A stretch of DNA of 32,949 nt from a virus (taxonomy: Duplodnaviria > Caudoviricetes), in IMG/VR virus record IMGVR_UViG_3300006428_000044, positions 1-32,949 of that record. One strand, given 5' to 3'. The translations under genes were made by a program, and so were the position numbers. The first letter of the stretch is position 1, and each line of letters opens with the position of its first letter. Positions 1-7,040 of the stretch are shown here, piece after piece. Below the pieces are notes generated by a model. The model made no database searches and had not been told where the DNA came from. It worked only from the letters and a program-made list of their open reading frames with translations.

Positions 1-1197
1 TCATTTTGGATTGTTTGCAAATGCCAAGTTGACCTTTGAAATCAGATCCTTGGGCTGATTGTATGTCAGGTGAGCGTAAATATCCAGAGTGATTTTTGCA
101 TGCTCATGTCCGGCGAGCACCTGAACCGTCTTGACATCAACACCGGCCAGCAGGAGATTTGTGATATACGTGTGCCGGAGCTGGTGCGGCGCTACATGGA
201 AGTCGATGCTGTAAACGACCGTATTGTTGTGAGCAGCCTTTTCGCCTAGCGTCGGGGTCACGGTGTGCTTTATTTTTTGACCGTTAACATAGCGGGTATA
301 GGTTCGCTCCTTCGTACTGCGGACGGTAACGTATTTCCAAAGCCGCGTCCATTGTGTCCCGGAAAGCGGGCCACCGGTGCTGCTGGCGATCACATAATCA
401 TCCGCAGAGGATTCTTTGACGGCCTTTAGGCACTCCACCAACTGGGGCGGAATTGGGATGGTTCTCTTCGAGGCTTTTGTCTTCAGGTCGGGCAGCACGA
501 CCGGCCGGTTATGCTCCGTGTGCCATGCCCTGCAGACCGAAATATGCGGTGCATTGCCGTCAAGGAATACACTGTCCCATTGCAGGGCTAGAGCCTCCTC
601 GCGGCGGAGGCCGGCGTAAAGACATAGCATGATGAATGGATATGGGGGCAGCCCACGAACGGCGTTCAAAAGAATCGTGACCTGCTCCCCGGTAAGAGCC
701 TGCTTTTCCTTTGCGGCCTTCCCGCCTTTTGGGTTTAAGTTTTCACAGGGGGATTCGTCTATGATGTGGCTCTCAACGGCAGAGGCGAAGATCATCTTGT
801 AAAGCATTTGCACACCCCGATAGATCGAAGCGGACTGTGAGGCGGCTTTGGTTGTCGCCATCTTCACATCGTCTGGGGTAACTTCGAGCATATGCTTCTC
901 ACCAAGCGGAGCAATAATATAAATTTTAACCTTTGAGGTGTAATCAATCAGTGTCGTAGTTCGGATATGCGGCGCGTGCATGGCAAGCCACTTCTCGGCG
1001 TAGTCCTGCACCGTTGGATTCTCGCGCCGGTACACGGCCTCTTCAATCTGGCGCTGCGCAGCTTCTATTTTTTCCGTCAGCGCCACCGGGGTCTGGGCGT
1101 AGAGAGCCGCATACTTACCATCCGGACCTTTAATCCGCTTGCGGTACTCATTCCGACTTGCAACGAATTCATAAGTCGGTTTTTTCGGTCGCGCCAT
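1..1197 (-). CDS. int: Tyrosine recombinase/phage integrase
   Basis: Catalytic motifs GLRREE, KT, HQLRH, LAGH, DIYAH; GGAGG RBS just upstream. Confidence 0.95.
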   Translation of the reverse strand: MARPKKPTYEFVASRNEYRKRIKGPDGKYAALYAQTPVALTEKIEAAQRQIEEAVYRRENPTVQDYAEKWLAMHAPHIRTTTLIDYTSKVKIYIIAPLGEKHMLEVTPDDVKMATTKAASQSASIYRGVQMLYKMIFASAVESHIIDESPCENLNPKGGKAAKEKQALTGEQVTILLNAVRGLPPYPFIMLCLYAGLRREEALALQWDSVFLDGNAPHISVCRAWHTEHNRPVVLPDLKTKASKRTIPIPPQLVECLKAVKESSADDYVIASSTGGPLSGTQWTRLWKYVTVRSTKERTYTRYVNGQKIKHTVTPTLGEKAAHNNTVVYSIDFHVAPHQLRHTYITNLLLAGVDVKTVQVLAGHEHAKITLDIYAHLTYNQPKDLISKVNLAFANNPK

Positions 1198-1246
1198 AAC
1201 ATTCCTCCGTCACTTCTTTAGCAATGCAGTGAAATATTAACGATTT

Positions 1247-1990
1247 TTAATTGCTATTTGTTTCTTGTATTGCTTCGACTATACCATTGTCAAAATAGAT
1301 ATATCCACAAGAATAGACCCATTGCTCTCCAGCGCCGTTGACTGTGGTCGTTTTGTTCTTTTTTTCCGGATACCCCCAAGTCGAATCAATTACTTGTTCT
1401 TCCGTCATACCGATTTCCGGAGCCACTAGCAGCTCGGGATGGTCTGTGGAATCGCTTTCTTTGTCAAATACATTTCCGTCTGATACAGTGCCGTTTTTTT
1501 GGACAGCTCGATAAACCAGCTGCCCGTTTTCATCAACGAGCAATACCGCTGGAAGCAAAGCGCTTGAACCACTGCTATTAACCGAACCGTCATCGTTCAA
1601 GGATAAATCAAAAGAATCCTCAGTATCTCCGCTACTATGGTGGTTAATATACAACAATTCCCAACCACTGATTACGATTGTTTTGGGAAGGAATTTGGCT
1701 CCATCTTCCCACGTCCCTTGATATGGCATCATAACCGATATATTTTCAATATAACTTTCTGAATCACGATATTCCCCTAATTCTTGAAACATAACAACAG
1801 CCGTTGCAAAGTCCCCTGCTTCATATTTCTCAACAGCATTTAGATATTTTGATTCTGACGGTGAATTTATTGATGAATTTACTGACGATGGTAAGTCATC
1901 AGAAGTGGGACTTGTTTCACCACCATGATCGCATCCAGATAAACAAATAAGTATTATTAATAAGTACGCTATGAATGCTTTTTTTCTCAT
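1247..1990 (-). CDS. Lipoprotein, lysogenic-conversion or superinfection-exclusion candidate
   Basis: MRKK + hydrophobic stretch + lipobox LSGC; Ser-rich linker; TPR-like helix pair; C-terminal IGMTEEQV..WGYP..EQWVY..YIYFDNG domain; AT-richer than the rest of the window. Confidence 0.8.
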   Translation of the reverse strand: MRKKAFIAYLLIILICLSGCDHGGETSPTSDDLPSSVNSSINSPSESKYLNAVEKYEAGDFATAVVMFQELGEYRDSESYIENISVMMPYQGTWEDGAKFLPKTIVISGWELLYINHHSSGDTEDSFDLSLNDDGSVNSSGSSALLPAVLLVDENGQLVYRAVQKNGTVSDGNVFDKESDSTDHPELLVAPEIGMTEEQVIDSTWGYPEKKNKTTTVNGAGEQWVYSCGYIYFDNGIVEAIQETNSN

Positions 1991-2085
1991 TTAAATTTCC
2001 CCCATAAATTTAAATATACAGCAAGAAATTGTCGTTTTGTGGCGGAAGTAATTAAATATCTTTTCCAGCATGAAATACTAAAATC

Positions 2086-2094
2086 TGCTATAAT
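2086..2094 (+). promoter_or_regulatory. Extended -10 promoter (TGcTATAAT) upstream of small ORF 2137..2304
   Basis: Perfect TG-N-TATAAT ~40 nt upstream of an RBS-led ATG; no clear -35. Confidence 0.6.
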
Positions 2095-2136
2095 GACCAT
2101 ACTGCCGGCAGCTACTTTTTAAAAGGAGCTGGTCAC

Positions 2137-2304
2137 ATGGATAAGCGAGATAATAGCTGGGAAGAGGTGCGCGATACGTACCTCTCGCTTGACGATGGAG
2201 AAAAAAGCCGAGTACACGAGTTCATTTTGAGTTTGCTAAAAACCGAATATAATCAGCAACGTTCTGTTTCTTCTCTGAGGGAAGACCAGCAAACAAATGA
2301 CTGA
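2137..2304 (+). CDS. 55-aa small protein, putative anti-repressor, convergently overlapping the repressor 3' end
   Basis: AAAAGGAG RBS at 2121-2128; MDKRDNSWEEVRDTYLSLDDGEKSRVHEFILSLLKTEYNQQRSVSSLREDQQTND; resembles the repressor C-terminus. Confidence 0.7.
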   Translation: MDKRDNSWEEVRDTYLSLDDGEKSRVHEFILSLLKTEYNQQRSVSSLREDQQTND

Positions 2305-2575
2305 TATCCGCATCCAGTCCGTCATCAGAAATGGTGGCGGACGTTTTTATTTCACGTTCCATACAGGCGTCAAAGCCCATAAGCCACGCTTCGGAGACAT
2401 CAAGTGCGAGTGCAATGGCATATACAGCATCTTGCTTTCCCTCCCAGTCACCTTTTAGGTAGTGGGTGATGCTGGATTTGCTTATTCCTGTTCTTTTCGC
2501 CAGTTCAGTTTGCGTGACATTCCGTATATCTATCGCTTCCCTTAATCTGGCCGCAAACGTTTCGACCTTCGCCAT
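2222..2575 (-). CDS. Xre-family HTH repressor (CI-like), 117 aa, no S24 peptidase domain
   Basis: RLREAIDIRNVTQTELAKRTGISKSSITHYLKG HTH; start moved to ATG 2575 because of GAGGTG RBS at 2582-2587. Confidence 0.9.
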   Translation of the reverse strand: MAKVETFAARLREAIDIRNVTQTELAKRTGISKSSITHYLKGDWEGKQDAVYAIALALDVSEAWLMGFDACMEREIKTSATISDDGLDADISHLFAGLPSEKKQNVADYIRFLANSK

Positions 2576-2606
2576 ACCCAGCACCTCACATTTGAAGAGT
2601 GAAATT

Positions 2607-2635
2607 ATTATAACCTGCTTGTTTAGAAAAATCAA
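2607..2635 (-). promoter_or_regulatory. Repressor promoter TTGATT-17-TATAAT
   Basis: Minus-strand -35 at 2630-2635 and -10 at 2607-2612, 17-nt spacer. Confidence 0.7.
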
Positions 2636-2730
2636 CATTAATGGAGAAAAAATTTAGATTTCTCAAATAACCGTGTTGACAAACTCAAACCCGTATGCTA
2701 ATCTTGTCTCGGCGGTTGAGATTTATCAAC
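2621..2730. promoter_or_regulatory. Operator cluster, consensus GTTGAG-N4-CTCAAC
   Basis: GTTTAGAAAAATCAAC 2621-2636, ATTTAGATTTCTCAAA 2652-2667, GTTGAGATTTATCAAC 2715-2730. Confidence 0.75.
2676..2704 (+). promoter_or_regulatory. Early lytic promoter TTGACA-17-TAATCT with TG extension
   Basis: TTGACA 2676-2681, TG 2696-2697, -10 at 2699-2704. Confidence 0.7.
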
Positions 2731-2751
2731 AGATATTCGGAGGTGGTAAAA

Positions 2752-2970
2752 GTGCCAAAAATGAATTACTCAAGACTGCTGGGCAGAATTAAAGAGTTCG
2801 GTTACACACAAAAATCTATTGCCGCCCTTGTGGGAATCAGCGAGGGACAAATGAGCCAAAAGCTAAACTTCAACTACGGATTCAAGCAAACTGAGATTCA
2901 GAAAATGTGTAACCTGCTTGATATATCTGCTCAAGAAATTGGCGAATATTTTTTTTCGCCGTGTAGTTGA
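2752..2970 (+). CDS. Cro-like HTH protein (DUF739-like), 72 aa
   Basis: YSRLLGRIKEFGYTQKSIAALVGISEGQMSQKLN...EIGEYFF; GTG start after GGAGGTG; divergent from the repressor. Confidence 0.88.
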   Translation: MPKMNYSRLLGRIKEFGYTQKSIAALVGISEGQMSQKLNFNYGFKQTEIQKMCNLLDISAQEIGEYFFSPCS

Positions 2971-2983
2971 GAAACCTCAACTA
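2964..2983. promoter_or_regulatory. Perfect operator palindrome at the end of cro
   Basis: TAGTTGAG-AAAC-CTCAACTA. Confidence 0.75.
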
Positions 2984-2999
2984 AGGAGGTGATGACGTT

Positions 3000-3242
3000 G
3001 TGACTAATGAAAAGGCGTGCGGATTGTTAACCAGAAAAGAAGCAGCGGCGCGGTTGGGTGTATCCGTGGTTACCCTGGATATCGAACGCAGCAGCGGACA
3101 TCTAGCGTACATACAGCGCAAACCGGGAGGCAAAGTGTGGATTACGGAAGAAGCAATTTCCGAATATCTGGCGCGAGCAACACACCAAGCCAGACCTGAA
3201 AAGAGCACGATTCGGTCGCAGTTCCTTCGAAAAAGAGCCTGA
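3000..3242 (+). CDS. Excisionase-like HTH DNA-binding protein
   Basis: LLTRKEAAARLGVSVVTL...VWITEEAISEYL; AAGGAGGTG RBS. Confidence 0.8.
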   Translation: MTNEKACGLLTRKEAAARLGVSVVTLDIERSSGHLAYIQRKPGGKVWITEEAISEYLARATHQARPEKSTIRSQFLRKRA

Positions 3243-3272
3243 AGGGCCAAAATGATGAAAGGAGCACACAAG

Positions 3273-3428
3273 ATGAAAGGAGCTGTTATTACCCCTAAAA
3301 CGAGCGGCGCGATCGCAAAAAAAGAAGAGGCCGTGCTGCTGTCACAGACACGACCCCGGGCAAATAAACCTGTCAGCATCATATCAGTATCGCGCGCAGC
3401 TGTCAATCAGGAGAGGTGGTGCAACTGA
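3273..3428 (+). CDS. Possible 51-aa leader ORF, TGATG-coupled to the next gene
   Basis: GAAAGGAG RBS; stop overlaps ATG 3428; spans the antisense sRNA. Confidence 0.4.
   Translation: MKGAVITPKTSGAIAKKEEAVLLSQTRPRANKPVSIISVSRAAVNQERWCN
3317..3372 (-). ncRNA. Putative ~55-nt small RNA antisense to the early operon
   Basis: Follows a consensus promoter; hairpin GGGGUCGUG...CACGGCCUC then UUCUUUUUUU; G-U pairs work only on the minus strand. Confidence 0.6.
3378..3406 (-). promoter_or_regulatory. Promoter TTGACA-17-TATGAT with TG extension
   Basis: -35 at 3401-3406 and -10 at 3378-3383 on the minus strand. Confidence 0.75.
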
Positions 3429-3901
3429 TGGACAACCTGAAAGAAACACTATTGGCCGGAGGCATTGCGCCGAAGGAGGCCGTCCGCGTGGTCAAGGCCC
3501 GTTTCCCCAGCTTCGACAAGACGCTGCTTTCCAAATGCTCAAAGCCAGAAAAATACGGCGTGGTACTCCATCCTGACGGCTACGAAGCATTGTTCACGAA
3601 GTATCCTGCCGCGCAGCCCCAGGAGCCTGCGGACACTTCGCAGCAAGCCAAAGCCGAACCAACCACGAAAAGACATAAATCCGGCGGCCATCGCCTGAAG
3701 TGCCGCATATCATGCCGCCTTGAAAATGACGAGTATGAGCAGTTGCAACGCCTTGTCCGGTCCGATGGGTTTGATACCATGCAGGACTGGCTCACTTATC
3801 AGGTCAGGCAGTACATCGCAGATTTTGAACAAAGGAGAGACGCAATATGCCAGGAAGAGAAGATTACGAAGAGCGTCGTCAAGCCAGGATCGACCGATTG
3901 A
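3428..3901 (+). CDS. Hypothetical phage protein with C-terminal ribbon-helix-helix-like segment
   Basis: RISCRLENDEYEQLQRLVRSDGFDTMQDWLTYQVRQYI; GAGGTG RBS. Confidence 0.7.
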   Translation: MDNLKETLLAGGIAPKEAVRVVKARFPSFDKTLLSKCSKPEKYGVVLHPDGYEALFTKYPAAQPQEPADTSQQAKAEPTTKRHKSGGHRLKCRISCRLENDEYEQLQRLVRSDGFDTMQDWLTYQVRQYIADFEQRRDAICQEEKITKSVVKPGSTD

Positions 3902-4563
3902 ACGACGCAGCCTATAAGGCATCAAAAGAATCAGATGCGGCAAGCAAGAGAAGTTTCGATCTCGTGAAGGATATCCCGCTCGGGCAGCCTAACATCATCG
4001 GCCGGCCTGCACTTCCGAATCTGAGGGCCAAAAGCGCAAAGCTGATGGACAAGTCCGTTGAACTGTCCGACAAGTCCGCCTATTACGCTGATCGCGCCGA
4101 GGCGGCAGAGAGCAACAGCGCGATTTCCTCGGACGACCCGGCCGCCATCGAAAAGCTCCGGGAGAAGGTCGCAAGGCTGGAAGCTGAGAGGGACCGGGTT
4201 AAGGCTTTTAATAAAGAGGCAAAGAAAAACGGGACCGAACCGGCGCCTTGGTACACCCTTCCGTATCTCGGCCGGGACATCAAGGCCGCAAAAGAGCGCA
4301 TCGCAAAGCTGGAGCGCGTCGACAACATGCCTGCGGAGCAGATCCAGTTCGATGGCGGAGAGATCGAGAGCGACCCCACCACCAACCGGGTAATGATCCG
4401 CTTTGATGAACGGCAGGATGACGCCATGACGCAAAAGCTCAAATCGAACGGTTTTCTCTGGGCACCATCGGTCAAGGCGTGGCAGCGGCTTCGTAGCCTG
4501 AACGCGCTGTATGCGGCTTGCCAGATCTGCGGGGTCGACTGGAAAGAATGCGGACAAGCATGA
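3847..4563 (+). CDS. DUF3560-like protein
   Basis: DYEERRQARIDRL, IPLGQPNI, ISSDDPAAIEKLREK, LKSNGFLWAPSVKAWQR; AAAGGAG RBS. Confidence 0.8.
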   Translation: MPGREDYEERRQARIDRLNDAAYKASKESDAASKRSFDLVKDIPLGQPNIIGRPALPNLRAKSAKLMDKSVELSDKSAYYADRAEAAESNSAISSDDPAAIEKLREKVARLEAERDRVKAFNKEAKKNGTEPAPWYTLPYLGRDIKAAKERIAKLERVDNMPAEQIQFDGGEIESDPTTNRVMIRFDERQDDAMTQKLKSNGFLWAPSVKAWQRLRSLNALYAACQICGVDWKECGQA

Positions 4564-4778
4564 ACCCGCATGATATTCCAGAGGACCCGATCATTCGCAA
4601 TATGGAGCGCACAGGTTATCCGGACGGCAAGGAGCCGAGCTTCCCCCGTTGCCCTGTGTGTGGCGAGGAGACCGACACTTTTTACAAGAACAACGACGGC
4701 GATATCGTCGGCTGCGACAACTGCATTTCCACTGTCGACGCCTGGGATGAAACCGCCAACGAGAGGGGCCGAGAATGA
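4560..4778 (+). CDS. Small Cys-motif protein
   Basis: CPVCG...GCDNC; ATGA overlap with the upstream stop. Confidence 0.7.
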   Translation: MNPHDIPEDPIIRNMERTGYPDGKEPSFPRCPVCGEETDTFYKNNDGDIVGCDNCISTVDAWDETANERGRE

Positions 4779-5174
4779 ATGATTGATCTGCATCCCACAA
4801 CCTGCAATATCTGCGGAGGCAAGGTTATCTATACCTCAAACGCTGCGGTATATGGCCGCGAATACGGAAGCGGCATGTGCTATCTCTGCACGAAGTGCGG
4901 GGCCTACGTTGGCACCCATGAGCCGCGGCCGAGAGAAGCCCTTGGGATTCTCTCCAACAAGGAGATGCGAAACATGAAGATGGCTTGCCACAGCCTTTTC
5001 GACGCCAGGTGGAAGGGCAAGTCGAGCAAAGGCAGCAGTCAAAATCCTCGCCGCAAGGCTTATCACTGGCTGTCTGAGCGGCTCGGTATCCCGGAAGAAG
5101 AATGCCACTTCGGGTATTTTGATGTGGATATGCTTCAAAAAGCGTATTCGCTGCTGAAGGAGGGCCTCGCATGA
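4779..5174 (+). CDS. DUF3268-like zinc-finger protein
   Basis: CNICGG, CTKCGAYVGTH, CHSLFD, AYHWL, CHFGYFD. Confidence 0.8.
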   Translation: MIDLHPTTCNICGGKVIYTSNAAVYGREYGSGMCYLCTKCGAYVGTHEPRPREALGILSNKEMRNMKMACHSLFDARWKGKSSKGSSQNPRRKAYHWLSERLGIPEEECHFGYFDVDMLQKAYSLLKEGLA

Positions 5175-5323
5175 AGAATCCGCGTAAGCTGACCAGAAAT
5201 CAGAAAATCCTTCTCAGCCAGATGGGTTATGATCCCAAAGCCTATGCCCTCGCGCGGGAATTGGAGAACACCCTGATCTTGGTCTGCAAGGCCACCGGCG
5301 AAAGGCTCGTGGTTGAGAAATGA
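5171..5323 (+). CDS. 50-aa small phage protein (DUF6906-like)
   Basis: MKNPRKLTRNQKILLSQMGYDPKAY...; AAGGAGG RBS, ATGA overlap; below the ORF-track cutoff. Confidence 0.65.
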   Translation: MKNPRKLTRNQKILLSQMGYDPKAYALARELENTLILVCKATGERLVVEK

Positions 5324-5341
5324 TGAAGAGAGGATGACGTT

Positions 5342-6082
5342 ATGAAAATACATACATCGGCAAAGGCCGAGGGCACCGGCTCTCCGGCTCCTGCGGCCGC
5401 TCAAATGCGGAGACTGCGGAAATCTCGGGGAAAGGCACGCAGAGCCCAGGGCGCAATAGTCATCGCGGCGCTGGCGCTTTGTTCCGGTATAATCTTCGGC
5501 GGCTTTACAACGAATACTGAAGCTGAGTCAGATAAAGCAACCTTCACCCCGACCGCAGAAGCCGCTGTACCATTGGTAAAATGCATCACCACCAAGGCGG
5601 CACAGCCAACAGAGTCTATTGCTCCTGAGCTCCCTGCGCTTCTGTCCGGAGCTGCGGACCTTGACATCGACACCCAGCGGCAGATCTACGAGGTGTGCGG
5701 AGAAGACGATCGCCTGTTCTGCTGCGTCATGGCTATCGCAGACCAGGAGACTAAATTCGATACGGAGGCCGTCGGTGACGGAGGCCGGAGCATCGGCCTC
5801 ATGCAGATCAACACCGCATGGCAGCAGGACAGGATTGACAGGCTCGGAATCACAGACCTTACAGATCCCGCACAGAATGTAACCGTAGCCATTGATTACA
5901 TAGCATGGTTGACAAGCCACCTTGATTTAGGTGAAAGCCCCTACGAGAGCCACGCCCTATACATGGCCTACAACATGGGGCTAAAAGGTTCCAAAGATTG
6001 CGGCGCCGCCCAGACGGAATATAGTACTGCGGCCTTGGAGCTTTATCATGCCTACCTCGCGGAAATGGAGGCGGCAAAGTGA
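5342..6082 (+). CDS. Membrane-anchored SLT-domain lytic transglycosylase-like protein
   Basis: Hydrophobic segment near the N-terminus; QET, GLMQIN and AYNMG motifs. Confidence 0.8.
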   Translation: MKIHTSAKAEGTGSPAPAAAQMRRLRKSRGKARRAQGAIVIAALALCSGIIFGGFTTNTEAESDKATFTPTAEAAVPLVKCITTKAAQPTESIAPELPALLSGAADLDIDTQRQIYEVCGEDDRLFCCVMAIADQETKFDTEAVGDGGRSIGLMQINTAWQQDRIDRLGITDLTDPAQNVTVAIDYIAWLTSHLDLGESPYESHALYMAYNMGLKGSKDCGAAQTEYSTAALELYHAYLAEMEAAK

Positions 6083-6450
6083 AGATCGCGCTCAAGGGTG
6101 ACACCCTTATGATCCGCGAAGCGGACAATGTGCAATTCACCATCATCAAGTCGTGGAACAAGATGAGATGGAGCAGATCTACCCAGACCCTGACTGGCGT
6201 CGCTGATCTTGAATTGCTGGACAAGCTGTCCAGCATCGTGAAACTTCCTCCTGCGGTCGAAGCGCGTCGGGTGACACTCCACACCATTGCCGATGCGGTG
6301 GACAGAGAACGCATGAACACCGATCCAGTCCCGTTCGCAAAATATCCGGTCAAGCTTCCCCTCTACCAACACCAGGTGAGGGCCGCTAATATGTGCCTCC
6401 TCACCTTCGGATGGGAAGCTCCCGAACAGGCGGTGATCCGCAGTGAGTAA
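6079..6450 (+). CDS. Protein resembling the N-terminal/Q-motif part of a SNF2 helicase
   Basis: Ends with PVKLPLYQHQVRAANMCL. Confidence 0.7.
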   Translation: MKIALKGDTLMIREADNVQFTIIKSWNKMRWSRSTQTLTGVADLELLDKLSSIVKLPPAVEARRVTLHTIADAVDRERMNTDPVPFAKYPVKLPLYQHQVRAANMCLLTFGWEAPEQAVIRSE

Positions 6451-6826
6451 AAAGCAAATCAAGCCCGGCGTTGGGATGGACTTCATTCTTTATCAGCTGA
6501 GCAGCCTCAAAGACAGCAGCGCCGAATTCGCGGCGGCTCCGGACTCCGATTCTATATGGCGGGATGATGTGGCCGCATTGGAGACGGCAATCAGCATTTT
6601 CAGCGCCCTGCAGGATGAAGGCTGCGGCAGCGCGGAGGAAGTCAAGGACATCCTGCACGATTACCGGCAGCAAGCCGAAGAGCTCAAAACTCTGCGCCAG
6701 AAATACGAATCAGCCTCCCGCCCTGTCTACACTGACGGAGTTTGGCACTGCCCGGCTTGTAACCACAGGATTGCCCCGAAGCACAGCTTCTGCCATTGGT
6801 GCGGCAAAAAGATCGGAGGATGGTGA
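6443..6826 (+). CDS. Hypothetical protein with C-terminal zinc ribbon
   Basis: CPACN...FCHWCGKKI. Confidence 0.75.
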   Translation: MSKKQIKPGVGMDFILYQLSSLKDSSAEFAAAPDSDSIWRDDVAALETAISIFSALQDEGCGSAEEVKDILHDYRQQAEELKTLRQKYESASRPVYTDGVWHCPACNHRIAPKHSFCHWCGKKIGGW

Positions 6827-6830
6827 AGAG

Positions 6831-7007
6831 ATGCTGGAGATACTCGGAAATCTGAATTACACGGCGATCATTATCACGATCCTTCTTTGCGTCACCATCC
6901 GCAAGGTTTCGGAGCAAGCCAGGTACATAGTCCGGTGCTGGTTGGAGGGCATGAAGGTGGAGTTGGAAATCCAGAGAGCCATAAACCAAAGGAGCGTGAA
7001 GTTCTGA
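6831..7007 (+). CDS. Small membrane protein, 58 aa
   Basis: GGAGG RBS; hydrophobic TAIIITILLCV. Confidence 0.55.
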   Translation: MLEILGNLNYTAIIITILLCVTIRKVSEQARYIVRCWLEGMKVELEIQRAINQRSVKF

Positions 7008-7040
7008 TGGGTAGCCAAAGAGAGGAGCGTGATTTAAAAA

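Noticed and set aside
2576-2751. Longer ORF-track starts for the repressor (2638) and cro (2695)
   Set aside because: They run through promoter/operator DNA; the RBSs support 2575 and 2752
6443-7040. Intron, intein or IS interrupting the helicase
   Set aside because: No homing endonuclease, RT, transposase, terminal repeats or intein motifs; the intervening ORFs look like ordinary early genes
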